From: Squalus acanthias
Taxonomy: Eukaryota
Assembly: GCA_030390025.1 (NCBI GenBank)
Contig: CM059432.1
Coordinates: 111,416,001 to 111,480,000, forward strand
Reading direction: 5' to 3'
Length of the DNA: 64,000 nt
In this document: positions 1 through 12,130 of the stretch, in pieces
How positions within the stretch are numbered: the first letter of the stretch is position 1
Layout: each line of letters opens with the position of its first letter
Position numbers and translations under genes: made by a program
Notes under the pieces: generated by a model
The model's input: the letters and a program-made list of their open reading frames with translations, nothing else
The model's database searches: none
Told to the model about the DNA's origin: nothing

Positions 1-99
1 GTCTAAAAGCTACTATTTCACAGCTGGTCACTTTCCAATCTTAGAGGTTGGATCCTTCAGGATTTGGAATACACTTTTCAGCTTTATAGAGATTTGAAG

Positions 100-1300
100 T
101 GTTTTGAGCAAACTCTCTATCCACTGTCACCTCCTTGGAGCAACCATTGACATCGCTTCTGTCATCTCAACTTCAGTTGCCGGCTATTCCATCAGCATGG
201 TTACCCTTGCACAATTCTCACCTTGGTCCTCAGAGTTCCACCATGATCAGCCCCAACACCAGCAACACCAACCTTCTCCGCAGTCACCTGATGCTGCACA
301 GGACACGGCATCAGCACCCGACCACATTGCTGCCCAGGAGGCCAGGGATGGCCTCACCATGGCCAGATTTACTTCACTTGACGCTGTACACCCTGGCTGC
401 CACATGATGCGCCAGGTTGGCACCACCCCACGCCAACACCATAAAGCATCCCTACAATGCCCAAGCCATTCCTTTCACACTCATCACCATTGCGGGGGGG
501 GGTACCGTTATGTCTCACCATTCACTGCAACTCACTAAGCCACTTCCAAAGGTGCACACAAATCTCTTCAAGAAGGCAAATTGGTGACAAAGATTTAATT
601 GTTTGACAACACATTAACAGAAACTTTATATGAACATTGGCGATAACACCCAACTGCTTACCCTTGTGTGTTGTTAGTTGGTATGATTGGACAAGGATGA
701 GGGTGAGTGTGAGGGGTGGCTAGTGAGAAGGGGATGTGATAATGTAGGTAGAGGGAGATGGGTGGAGGTGTAAGGTAAGTTGGTGTGAGTAAGGATGTGC
801 AGGAGTAGGGTAGGGAAGGTAGAGTGATGGGGATGTGATGAGTGGCACAGCAGGGTGAGGTTCAGTGTGGCTTGGCAGTAACGTTTTGTGATCTACTGAG
901 ATCATTGAAAGGTTTGTGCCACTGCAGCCTGGTCCTCCTGACGACATCCCTGCTTGTGACCTCCTGTGCAATGTGCAACCAGGCTGCGTTGGTGTCCTGG
1001 GGAGGTGTCTTCCACCCATTGGAAGGGAAGAGAACCTCCCTGCGTGCTGTGACTTCCCTCCATAAGCATATGGAGGGAGTCATGGGAGAGCCTGGGTGCA
1101 GCCGTGCACCTTTGTACAGTGCTTGTTAGTGTTTGCAGCACCACAATGCTGCAGAACACTGACAGCACAAATGTTAAAATGAATGTGGACATGGCCCCTT
1201 TAAGGAAACCGGCTGATAACACGTCATCAGATGACATCATCAGACCCACTTCCTATTAATTGGCCGGGAACCTCGCAGGGCGGACTTAACAAGCCCCATC
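100..1300. mobile_element. Degenerate PIF/Harbinger transposon remnant: transposase N-terminus (+) and Myb/SANT-like ORF (-)
   Basis: ORF 862..1083(-) RREVLFPSNGWKTPPQDTNAAWLHIAQEVTSRDVVRRT..FNDL resembles the Myb-like ORF at 28156..28380. The Q/H/P-rich segment at ~200-420 resembles the transposase N-terminus at 26720. Confidence 0.7.
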
Positions 1301-1866
1301 AACAGAATCAAGTCAGGATGATGTGTGACTTGGATGTGATCCCATGCGCCTGCTGCCCTTGTCCATCTAGGTGGTAGAGGTCGCGGGTTTGGGCGGTGCT
1401 GTCGATGTGGTGAACGGTTGTTTTTCAGACTGGAGGAAAATAGACAGTGATGTCCCCCAGAGGTTGATATTAAGACCACTTTTCTTTTTGATATATATTA
1501 ATGACCTGGACTTTGGTATACAGGGCATAATTTCAAAGTTTGCGGATGACACGAAATTCAAAAAGGTACTAAACAGTGAGGATGATAGCAGACTTCTGGA
1601 GGAGGTAGACAGAATGGGCTGACACATGGCAGATTAAATTTAATGCAGAGATGTGTGAAGTGATGCATTGAGGAGAGTCAATATCAAGTAAACAGTACAA
1701 TTTTAAAGGGGGTGCAGGAACAGAGAGACCTGGGGGTGTATGTACACAAATCTTTAAAGGTGGCAGTACAAGTTGATGAGGCTGTTAAAGCGTATGAGAT
1801 CCTTGGCTTTATAAATAGAGAGAAGTCGCACAACACCAGGTTATAGTCCAACAGTTTTATTTGAAA

Positions 1867-1904
1867 TCACGAGCTTTCGGAGCGGCTGCTCCTTCGTCAG
1901 GTGA
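1867..1904 (-). ncRNA. Minimal type I hammerhead ribozyme in Penelope pLTR
   Basis: Minus strand reads TCAC CTGACGA A GGAGC AGCC GCTCC GAAA GC TC GTGA: CUGANGA/GAAA/UH core, stem I TCAC/GTGA, stem II GGAGC/GCTCC, palindromic AGCT stem III. Confidence 0.85.
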
Positions 1905-2220
1905 AGTAAAGGAATACAAAATCGACAAAACATATATAGATAGAGAACAATGCATGTGTAACTTACAATGGCAGACGACTACATTCAATCCTCCTGACTG
2001 CCTTTTGTCACACCTCGGCAGATAAACAATCAGGTCAGCCAGGAAGGCACCACATCAAAGACATAGCAAGATACAACTGAGACAATGAGGTGGGGTTACA
2101 GGGGGTCTAATGTGTCAAAAGCTGCAGTCGGTCTGGAAAACGATAAACTTTAAAATTTTTACTTTTTTACTGGGAATCACATCTGTGAACAAGCCAACGA
2201 CGACTCGAGTCTGGATGACT

Positions 2221-3905
2221 CTACGTCCTGTATCGTGACATAAACCCAAGATCCCGGTTGAGGCCGTCCTCATGAGTGCGGAACTTGGCTATCAGTTTCT
2301 GCTCGATGATTTTGCGTTGTCGTGTGTCTCTAAGGCCGCCTTGGAGAACGCTTACCTGCAGATCCGAGGCTGAATGTCCTTGACTGCTGAAGTGTTCCCC
2401 GACTGGGAGGTAACAATCCTGCCTGGCGATTGTTGCGCGGTGTCCATTCATACGTTGTCTCAGTGTCTGCATGGTCTCGCCGATGTACCATGCCGCGGTG
2501 CATTCTTTCCTACAACGTTGGCCGAGTCACATGAGTATGTACCATGTACCTGGTGGGTAGTGTCCTCACGTGTGATGATGGTATCTGTGTTGATGATCTG
2601 GCATGTCTTGCAGAGGTTGCCGTGGCAGGGTTGTGTGGTGTCGTGGTCGCTGTTATCCTGAAAGCTGGGTAATTTGCTGCGAACGATGGTACTTCTGAGG
2701 TTAGGCGGCTGTTTGAAGGCAAGTAGTGGAGGCGTGGGGATGGCCTTAGCGAGGTGTTCGTCGTCATCGATGACATGTTGAAGGCTGCGAAGAACATGGC
2801 GTAGTTTCTCCGCTCCGGGGAAGTACTGGACGACGTAGGGTACCCTGTTGGTTGTGTCCCGTGTTTGCCTTCTGAGGAGGTCTATGCGATTTTTCGCTGT
2901 GGCCCGTCGGAACTGTCGATCGATGAGCCGAGCGTCATATCCCGTTCTTACGAGGGCGTTTTTCAGCGTCCGTAGGTGTCCATCGCGTTCCTCCTCATCT
3001 GAGCAGATCCTGTGTATTCGCAGGGCTTGTCCATAGGGGATGGCTTCTTTAACGTGGTTAGGGTGGAAGCTGGAGAAGTGGAGCATCGTGAGGTTGTCCG
3101 TGGGCTTGCGGTAGAGTGAAGTGCTGAGGTGTCCGTCTTTGATGGAGATTCGTGTGTCCAGGAATGAAACCGATTCTGAGGAGTAGTCCATGGTGAGTTT
3201 GATGGTGGGATGGAACTTGTTGATGTTATCGTGTAGTCTTTTCAGTGATCCTTCGCCATGGGTCCAAAGGAAGAAAATGTCGTCGATGTATCTGGTGTAC
3301 AGCGTTGGCTGGAGGTCCTGTGCAGCGAAGAAGTCTTGCTCGAACTTGTGCATGAAGATGTTGGCGTATTGGGGTGCGAATTTGGTCCCCATGGCTGTTC
3401 CGTGTGTTTGGGTAAAAAAATGGTTGTCGAAGGTGAAGACATTGTGGTCAAGGATGAAGCGGATGAGTTGTAGGATGGCGTCTGGAGATTGGCTGTTGTT
3501 GGTGTTGAGTACTGAGGCTGTCACAGCGATGCCGTCATCGTGGGGGATACTGGTGTAGAGTGCCGATACGTCCATCGTGGCGAGGAGTGTTCCTGGTTCA
3601 ACTGGTCCGTGGGTGCTGAGTTTCTGTAAGAAGTCTGTGGTGTCGCGGCAGAAGCTGGGGGTTCCCTGTACGATGGGTTTCAGGATGCCCTCGACTTATC
3701 CAGAGAGGTTCTCACACAGGGTTCCGTTGCCTGATACGATAGGACGTCCGGGTGTGTTGGCTTTGTGTATCTTTGGGAGGCAGTAGAAGTCTCCCACGCG
3801 GGGAGTACGTGGGATGAGAGCACGTAGGATGCTTTGAAGGTCTGGATCGAAGGTCTTGATCAGTCTATTGAGTTGGCGGGTGTGTTCTTTGGTCGGATCT
3901 GCGGG
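2221..3905 (-). pseudogene. Penelope RT plus GIY-YIG endonuclease ORF, with one stop and one frameshift
   Basis: MDVSALYTSIP, QTHGTAMG, YTRYIDDIF, FLDT, LYRKPTD, PCHGNLCKTC, then YIGET-MQTLRQRMNGHR...EQKLIAKFRTHEDGLNRD (ORFs 2460..3575 and 2221..2472). Confidence 0.9.
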
Positions 3906-6098
3906 TATTTATAAATAGAGGCAGAGGGTACAAAAGCAAGGAAGTTATGCCAAAACTTTTATAAATCACTGGTTAGGCCTCAGCTGGAGTATTGTGTCCA
4001 ATTCTGGGCACCACACTTTAGGAAAGATGTCAAGGCCTTGGAGAGGGTGCAGAGGAGATTTACTAGAATGGTTCCAGGGATGAGGGACTTCAGTTACGTG
4101 AATAGACTGGAAAAGCTGGGGTTGTTTTTCTTGGAGCAGAGAAGGTTAAGGGGAGATGTAATCGTGGTGTTCAAGATCATGAGGGTTTTGGTAAAGTGAA
4201 TAAGGAGAAACTGTTTCCACTGGGAGAAGGATTGGTAACCAGAGGACACAGATTTAAGGTAATTGGCAAAAGAGCTAGAGATGAGATGAGGAGAATTTAT
4301 TTTATGCTACGAGTTATTATGATCTGGAATGCACTGCCTGAAAGGATGCTGAAAGCAGATTCAGCAGTAACTTTGAAAAGGGAATTGGATAAATATTTGA
4401 ATGGGAGAAAATTTGCAGGGCTATGGGGAAAGAGCAGGGGAGTGGGACTAATTGGATAGCTCTACCAAAGAGCCAGCACAGACAGGATATGCTAATTGGC
4501 CTCTTTCTGTGCTGTAAGAGTATATTCTATGATTACAAGAGAGGGAGCGAAAGTTGGGGAGAAATGGAGAGGATAACAGTGATACAGGAAAAAGAGAAAA
4601 ACAGGAAGGAAGGGCAGGATAACAAGGGAGCATCAAGTTCCACAGAGATAGAAGGAAAGTGTGAAGGAGAGCAAGCGAGAAGGCAGAAGAGAGTAATGCA
4701 GAAAAAAATTTGTGGCTGATCAAAGGGAGAAAATACGAAAGAATATTGAGTGGGGATTACTCACTCATTCACAGTAGTGCGAAGAGGAGAGAAAGAGCAA
4801 TCAAAGAGATGGATATGCAGGGAAAGAAACTGAACAGTGTTACACTGACTGACACAGAGGCTTACCAGATGGGGGCGAGGGATTGTACTCTCGAGATGAG
4901 TTACTGGGGAAACCTCTCCAACTGTATCGAAAGTGAGCAGAGTGGAGATATAATATCATGGTGTTTCTGTTTGATTTAATGATTTGGCATTACTGTACTA
5001 GTAAATTGCCTGTTGTGTTGCTGATGGTCGGTTGATGGATGTAAATTATTGTTATATCCAAGATGGCAATGGATTTGGGATGGAGACTTCAGAAACTTGC
5101 TCCACAGGGATAGTTCACATAAATAAAATTAATGGGAAATACCGACATAACAATTCACCAGGGTAAATATTGACAGAAAAGCATGATTAAAAATTGTGAC
5201 AACAGGAAACAAAGTTTGTAGAAAAGAACTGTGTGCCCTATGCAGAATGTAAATATATATGGATATTTGAGGAAAGCAAATCCATTACTCCCCATACAGA
5301 AAAATTAAATGGATTAATAGTAGGGATGTTGAGTTAATAACATTTGGATTTCATAAACTAAATATTAAAATATTTCTATTAAATAAATAACAATCTATTC
5401 TGGCATTAAGCGTATCCTGGATAGAATCATAGAATGGTTACAGCACAGAAGGAGGCCATTCGGCCCGTCGTGCCCGTGCCCGTGCCGGCTCTCCAAGAGC
5501 ACTTCAGCTAGTCTCACTCCCCCGCCCTTTCCCCGTAGCCCTGAATTTTTTTTCCCTTCAGGTACTTATCCAATTCCCTTTTGAAAGCCACAAATGAGTC
5601 TGCTGCCACCACCCTTTCAGGCAGTGCATTCCAGACCCTAACCACTCACTGCGTAAAAAAACTTTTTTTTCTCATGTTGCCTTTGGTTCTTCTGCCTATC
5701 ACTTTAAATCTGTGTCCTTTGGTTCTCGACCCTTCTGCCAATGGGAACAGTTTCTCTCTATTATCGAGACCCATCATGATTTTGAACACCTCTATCAAAT
5801 CTCCTCTCAACCTTCTCTGCTCCAAGGAGAACAACCCCAGCTTTTTTAGTCTATCCATGTAACTGAAGTCCCTCATCCCTGGAATCATTCTCGTAAGTCT
5901 TTTCTGCACCCTCTCTTAAGGCCTTCACATCCTTCCTAAAGTGCGGTGCCCAGAATTAGACACAATACTCCAGTTGAGGCCGAACCAGTGTTTTATAAAG
6001 CTTCATCATAACTTCCACGCTTTTGTACTCTATGCCTCAATTTATAAAATTGAGAGGTCGCACAACACCAGGTTATAGTCCAACAGTTTTATTTGAAA

Positions 6099-6136
6099 TC
6101 ACAAGCTTTCGGAGCTATCGCTCCTTCCTCAGGTGA
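6099..6136 (-). ncRNA. Minimal hammerhead ribozyme (inverted pLTR copy)
   Basis: Minus strand reads TCAC CTGAGGA A GGAGC GATA GCTCC GAAA GC TT GTGA. Confidence 0.8.
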
Positions 6137-7272
6137 AGTAAATTGGATACAGAATCGCCAGAGCATATATAGATGGAAAAAAAAGCATGTGTACTTTACA
6201 ATTGCAGACCAATAAATTAAATCATCCTGACTATCTGCCGAGGTGTGATAAAGTTAATTAAGTCAGCCAGGAAGGTACCACATCAAAAGACATAGCAAGA
6301 TACAACTGAGACAATGAGGTGTAGTCGCAGGGGTTCCAACGTGTCAAAAGCTGCCGTCTGTACTACGACATGTTCTTCGCAGCCTTCAACATGTCATCGA
6401 TGACGACAAACACCTCGCTAAGGCCATCCCCACGCCTCCACTACTTGCCTTCAAACAGCCGCCTAACCTCAGAAGTACCATCGTTCGCAGCAAATTACCC
6501 AGCTTTCAGGATAACAGCGACCACGACACCACACAACCCTGCCATGGCAAACTCTGCAAGACATGCCAGATCATCAACACAGATACCACCATCACACGTG
6601 AGGACACTACCCACCAGGTACATGGTACATACTCATGTGACTCGGCCAACGTTGTCTACCTCATACGTTGCAGGAAAGAATGCACCGCGGCATGGTACAT
6701 CGGCGAGACCATGCAGACACTGAGACAACGTATGAATGAGCACCGCGCAACAATCGCCAGGCAGGATTGTTACCTCCCAGTCGGGGAACACTTCAGCAGT
6801 CAAGGACATTCAGCCTCGGATCTGCGGGTAAGCGTTCTCCAAGGCAACCTTAGAAACACACGACAACGCAAAATCATCGAGCAGAAACTGATAGCCAAGT
6901 TCCGCACTCATGAAGACGGTCTCAATCGGGATCTTGGGTTTATGTCACGATACATGACGTGATCCGGACTCGAGTCGTCGTTAGCTTGTTCACAGATGTG
7001 ATTCCCAGTAAAAAAGTAAATTTTTTTTAAAGCTTTTCGTTTTACATACAGACGGCAGCTTTTGACACGTTGGAACCCCTGCGACTACACCTCATTGTCT
7101 CAGTTGTATCTTGCTATGTCTTTTGATGTGGTACCTTCCTGGCTGACTTAATTAACTTTATCACACCTCGGCAGATAGTCAGGATGATTTAATTTATTGG
7201 TCTGCAATTGTAAAGTACACATGCTTTTTTTTCCATCTATATATGCTCTGGCGATTCTGTATCCAATTTACT

Positions 7273-7310
7273 TCACCTGAGGAAGGAGCGATAGCTCCGA
7301 AAGCTTGTGA
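7273..7310 (+). ncRNA. Minimal hammerhead ribozyme (3' pLTR copy)
   Basis: TCAC CTGAGGA A GGAGC GATA GCTCC GAAA GC TT GTGA, followed by AATAAA at ~7316. Confidence 0.85.
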
Positions 7311-8640
7311 TTTCAAATAAAACTGTTGGACTATAACCTGGTGTTGTGCGACCTCTCAATTTTGTCCACCCCAGTCCAACACCGGCATCTCCGCATCAAT
7401 TTATAAAGCCCAGGATTCCGTATACTTTTTTAACCGCTTTCTCAACCTGCCCTACCACCTTCAAAGATTTGTGCACATATGCCCCCAGGCCTCTCTGTTC
7501 ATGCACCCCCCTTTAGAATTGTACCCTTCAGTTTATATTTCCTCTCCTCGTTCTTCCGACCAAAATGTATTAGTTTGCAGTTTTCTGCATTAAATTTCAT
7601 CTGTCACGTGTCTGCCCATTCCACCAGCCTGTCTGTCTTCCTGAAGTCTATCACTATCTTCCTCACTGTTCGCTACACTTCCAAGTTTTGCGCCATCAGC
7701 AAATTTTGAAATTGTGCCCTGTACACTCAAGACCTAGTCATTAATATATATCAAGAAGAGCAGTGGTCCTAGTACCGACCCCTGGGGAACACCACTGTAT
7801 ACCTTTCTCCAGTCCGAAAAACAACTCTTCACCACTACTCTCTGTTTCCCGTCACTTAGCTAATTTTGTATTCATGCTGCCACTGTCCCTTTATTCCATG
7901 GGCTTCAACTTTGCTGGCAAGCCTATTATGTGGCACTTTATCAAATGCCTTTTGGAAGTCCATGTACATCACGTCAACCGCATTGCCCGCATCAACCCTA
8001 CCTGTTATCTCATCAAAAAACTCGATCAAGTTAGTTAAACACGATTTGCTTTTTAACAAATCCGTGCTGGCTTTCCTTAATTAATCCATACTTGTCCAAG
8101 TGACTCTTAATTTTGTCCCTGATTATCGTTTCTAAATGCTTCCCCACTACCGAGGTTAAACTGACTGGCCTGTAGTTGCTGGGTTTATCCTTATTTGAAC
8201 AAGGGTGTAATATTTGCAATTCTCCAGTCCTCTGGCACCACCCCCGTATCTAAGGAGGACTGGAAGATTATGGCCAGTACCTCCGCAATTTCCACCTTAA
8301 CTTCCCTCAGCATCCTAGGATGCATCCCATCCGGTCCTGGTGACTTATCTACTTTAAGTCCAGCCAGCCTTTCTAGTACCTCCTCTTTATCAATTTTTAT
8401 CCCGTAAAGTATCTCCACTACCTCCTCTTTCACTCTGACTTTGGCAGCATCAACTTCCTTGGAGAAGACAAATACAAAGTACTCATTAAAAAGATATTAA
8501 AAAGTTTCTTAATTTGCCATGTGCCATAATTTGACTAATTGTTATTTTTTCAATGTATTTTAATCTTATTTATAAGTTTAATTCAATTTTTTAGATATAA
8601 TTTTCCATCCTATTACTATTTACACTTTTCCATCAGTTCG

Positions 8641-9100
8641 CTCCGGTACATCTATTCCGTCAGTCGGCTCCGGTGTCTATTCCGTCAGTCGGCTCCGGTG
8701 TCTATTCCGTCAGTCGGCTCCGGTGTCTATTCCGTCAGTCGGCTCCGGTGTCTATTCCGTCAGTCGGCTCCGGTGTCTATTCCGTCAGTCGGCTCCGGTG
8801 TCTATTCCGTCAGTCGGCTCCGGTGTCTATTCCGTCAGTCGGCTCCGGTGTCTATTCCGTCAGTCGGCTCCGGTGTCTATTCCGTCAGTCGGCTCCGGTA
8901 CATCTATTCCGTCAGTCGGCTCCGGTACATCTATTCCGTCAGTCGGCTCCGGTACATCTATTCCGTCAGTCGGCTCCGGTACATCTATTCCGTCAGTCGG
9001 CTCCGGTACATCTATTCCGTCAGTCGGCTCCGGTACATCTATTCCATCAGTCCGCCCCGGTACATCTATTCCGTCAGTTGGCTCCGGTACATCTATTCCC
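8641..9100. repeat. Minisatellite of ~17-18 units of 25 or 27 bp (CTCCGGT[G/ACA]TCTATTCCGTCAGTCGG)
   Basis: One 27-mer (8641-8667), nine 25-mers (8668-8892), seven 27-mers (8893-9081) and a partial unit. There are no spacers. Confidence 0.97.
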
Positions 9101-9976
9101 GGGGCTCTCATGGTGCCGCAGCTGGCCAGCAATTCGTGCTCGAGCAGATTGCTCCGGATGCTGAGGTGCTGCCCTGTGGGAGTGCCAGTGTGTCGGCCGA
9201 GCAGGGAGTTCCTGTCCCCTCTCAAGATGACAGCATTCCTGCTGCCACCACTGTCACTTCCCCATTACACTTGCTATCGCCTGTAGCCCAGACTGCTGCC
9301 ACCCATGCAGAGTTGGTTCAGTCGGCAGCCGGGGCCTCCAGGCCCAGAGCTGGTCAAGGGCGTCCTTCAAGGGCATCTGTAGTCTCAGCATCTGACATTC
9401 AGCAGCCTTCCACCAGCCTTGCTGCAGCCACTGGGGCCCCATTACGGAGGAGCAGTAGGGTGGGAAGGGGGGAAGTACACTAGGGATAGAGATCACCATC
9501 GAAGGGCAAACAGTAGGAGGTCTAAATAAATGGTGGGAATGTTTGTAGTAAAGGTCGAGGTTCGTGCGATTACATTTGTTTACTGTTTTGGCGTTTATCT
9601 CCAGCTTGTGAGAACCAGTTCTGTTAATTCATGATTTGTTGTATTTGTTTCTAATTGTTTGTCCTGAATAAATGACAGAGTTTGTTAAATAAAAAAGTTG
9701 TTGTATTCTAAATTTACATTTTTGGCCTTTGGAATCATTGCAGCTTTGGCCGGCAATAGGGGTTGCGGGTTGCTTTCCATCATGTTGTTCTCCATGCCAG
9801 AAGCCATCTTTTGAGTAGGGGCCTAGAAGCGGTTTATCAGCCGTTGACGGACGGCCCTTGCAGTGGCAACATTGTGCGCCTTCCTCCCACGTTGGTGCTG
9901 CTGATCATCCTCCTCATCCTCCTCCTCCTCTCCTCCTCAGGTGGTGCACCAATCCCTGGTGGCATTGGCTGGGTCC

Positions 9977-10947
9977 TTAGATTGCCAGGTTGTGAAGCAT
10001 GCAGCATACAACTATGAAGAGGGAGACTCGCTCAGGCGAGTACTGCAGGGCTCCTCCTGAGTGGTCCAAACAGCGGAACCGTTGCTTGAGCACGGCGATC
10101 GTCTGCTCAACGATGTTCCTGGTGGCGAGATGGCTCTCATTATACTGCAGCTCGGCAGGGGTGTTAGGGTTACGGAGCGGTGTCATTAGCCAGGTGCTGA
10201 GTGCATAACCCTTGTCCCCGAGGAGCCAACCACTTGGGTGATGCGGTGCCTGGAAAAGGTCTGGCACACCAGTCTGGCGCAGGATGAAAGCATCGTGGCT
10301 GCTGCCAGGATAGCGGGAATTGACGGCGAGTATGAGCTGTCTGTGGTCACAGACCAACTGGACATTTAAGGAGTGGAACCCCTTGCGGTTTTGGAAAACC
10401 TCTGCATTTTCATGCGTGCAGTCAATGGCGCCCTGCACCATGGGGAAGCCCGCTATCCTAGCAAAGCCACATGTGCGTTCATGCTGTTTGGCCCGGGTCA
10501 TGGGGAAAGAGATGTACTGGCGAATCCTTTTATAGAGGGCATTTGTCACCTCCCAGATACAGCAATGGAGAGTGAACTGGGAGATATTGGCGATGTCCCC
10601 AGTAGATAATTGAAAGGAGCCGCTGGCATAAAAATTCAGAGCCACTGTCACCTTCACTGCCACCGACAGAGACGTCCTGTCCTCAGTAGAGGCTGCAGAT
10701 CTAGTTGCAGCAGGTGGCAGAGCTCAGTGACCACCTCCTTGCTGAAGCGCAGCCTGCGCAAACACTGCTCCTCAGACAAATGAATGTAGGAGAATTGCTC
10801 CCGGAATACCCTGGGAGGGTAAGGTCTCCTGTGCAGAGGCCTGTTGGCCCTCCTCCCTCTGGCTATGTTTGCCACTTTCTCTCTGCGTCTCTGATGCCTC
10901 CGATTCTGCAGGTGCAGGACGACGCCCCGAATCAGTGCAGCCCCCAC
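9977..10947 (-). pseudogene. Harbinger (HARBI1-like) DDE transposase, frameshifted near 10660
   Basis: [88 protein letters not shown]. Confidence 0.92.
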
Positions 10948-11051
10948 AGTCTCTTCTAAATCGATGCAAGGAAGGTCAAATCAAAATGAACCTGCAAAGT
11001 GCTGCTCAGTACCCAAAACTCCTTCACACAGCGTTGAATCTGTCCAGAAGT

Positions 11052-11054
<3 letters not shown>

Positions 11055-11094
<40 letters not shown>
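11055..11094. repeat. (CT)n microsatellite
   Basis: About 20 consecutive CT units. Confidence 0.97.
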
Positions 11095-11096
<2 letters not shown>

Positions 11097-11412
11097 AATG
11101 CGTGGTGCAAAAATGTCGCTGACAAAAAAAAGCAGGAGGCGGCCGCCTTTAAAAAGCGCTCCCCCAGTCCCTTCCTGACTGCAAAATGTTCCCCTCTATC
11201 TGTCGTTGCTAGCGGCAGGCGGAAAGGCAGGGGGTGCCACTCAATATCTGGTCCGGGGCGTTGCACGCTCAACTGACGTCACGATCTGCGGGCGCAGGAG
11301 ATCGTGGCGGTTGTGTTTAGCGCCACCGCAAAATGTCTGGTCAATTTCGCGAGCGGCGCAAACATCGCCGTGCCCGGGAGCTAGTTGCTTTAATCAACTG
11401 AATTTTTCCCCC

Positions 11413-11662
11413 CATAGATTTAAAATAATTGGCAAAAGATCTAGAGGGGAGATGAGGAGAAATGTTTTCACTCAGAGTTGTCAGGATCTGAAACGCTCAA
11501 CCTGAAAAGGTGCTGGAAGCTGATTCCATAAATAATTTTAAAGGGGAGATGGACAAGTACTTCAGGGTGAGGAACTTACAAGGTTACGGACAAAAAGCGG
11601 GGATGTGGGACTAAACACGAGGGGCCGAATGGCCTCCTTCTGTGCAGTACGTTTCTATGATT
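11413..11662 (+). mobile_element. CR1 3' end fragment
   Basis: HRFKIIGKRSRGEMRRNVFTQ and a tail GGCCGAATGGCCTCCTTCTGTG..TTCTATGATT. Confidence 0.85.
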
Positions 11663-11964
11663 GTATGAGATGGACCATTCCAATGTTAAAAGTTTTACGC
11701 TATGTGACGTGACAATTGCGACTATTATAGTGAGAGTATATCACCCGTCAATTGCGCAGTCTGGCAACTGTGTTCACACAAATCATTCAAAATGCTTTTT
11801 GAATTTTTTTTTAAACCTGCCATTTTTTTCCAGAGCACTGAGATTTCTGTTGTCGCAAAATTAGATTGGAATGGAATAAATTAAACAAAATTACATATTT
11901 CACATGATTACATTCATCCACTGAATTTTCTTTTGAGTCTTTTAATGTCTACATTAATATTTTT

Positions 11965-12130
11965 ACTTCAAGAAAGAAAAAGATATTGCTCTTATATCAC
12001 ACCTTTCATAACCTGAGGATGTCCCAAAGCGCTTTACAGGAAGGTCGCACAAACAGCAACGTGACAATGACCAGATAATCTGTTTTACTGATGTTGGTTG
12101 AGGGATAAATATTATCCAGGGTGAAGTCTC
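11965..12130 (-). mobile_element. DeuSINE (SacSINE1-like) 3' fragment
   Basis: Matches the 3' part of the SINE at 50021-50485 (CAAACAGCAA..ATGACCAGATAATCTG..GAGGGATAAATATT). Confidence 0.7.

Larger units (their letters stand above)
1821..3907 (-). mobile_element. Penelope-like retroelement (Neptune-like), 5'-truncated, 13-bp TSD
   Basis: TSD TTTATAAATAGAG at 1808-1820 and 3908-3920. Contains RT, a C-rich linker, GIY-YIG and a 3' pLTR with a hammerhead motif. Confidence 0.92.
1405..4530 (+). mobile_element. CR1 (HER1-type) LINE, RT C-terminal half and 3' UTR, split by a Penelope insertion (1821-3907)
   Basis: [22 protein letters not shown] (1371..1622) and EKLFPL..TRGHRFK..WNALP (4196..4459). 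The tail ends in TTCTATGATT. Confidence 0.9.
6049..7395 (+). mobile_element. Penelope-like element: inverted 5' pLTR, GIY-YIG fragment, 3' pLTR and ~34-nt tail; 12-bp TSD
   Basis: TSD TCAATTTATAAA at 6037-6048 and 7396-7407. GIY-YIG C-terminus at 6711..6962. 6046-6362 is the reverse complement of 7047-7363. Confidence 0.92.
5420..8490 (-). mobile_element. CR1 LINE ORF2 (RT) and 3' UTR, split by a Penelope insertion (6049-7395)
   Basis: KSPGPDGMHPRML, NYRPVSLTSVVGK, SCLTNLIEFF..YMDFQKAFDKVPH and LGLFSLEQRRLRGDLI on the minus strand. Confidence 0.9.
9100..11412 (-). mobile_element. PIF/Harbinger transposon, partial: transposase (-) and C-terminus of Myb-partner ORF (+, ~9100-9483)
   Basis: Contains the transposase below. 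AQTAATHAELVQSAAG..RPRAG..LRRSSR matches the partner C-terminus at 18131..18385. The right end GAATTTTTCCCCC abuts a CR1. Confidence 0.85.

Noticed and set aside
2460..3575. Retron, group II intron or telomerase-type RT system
   Set aside because: The RT is fused to a GIY-YIG endonuclease with pLTR and TSD, which identifies a Penelope-like element.
8641..9100. CRISPR array (repeat length 25-27 bp)
   Set aside because: Units are head-to-tail with no unique spacers, no cas genes are present, and the context is vertebrate.
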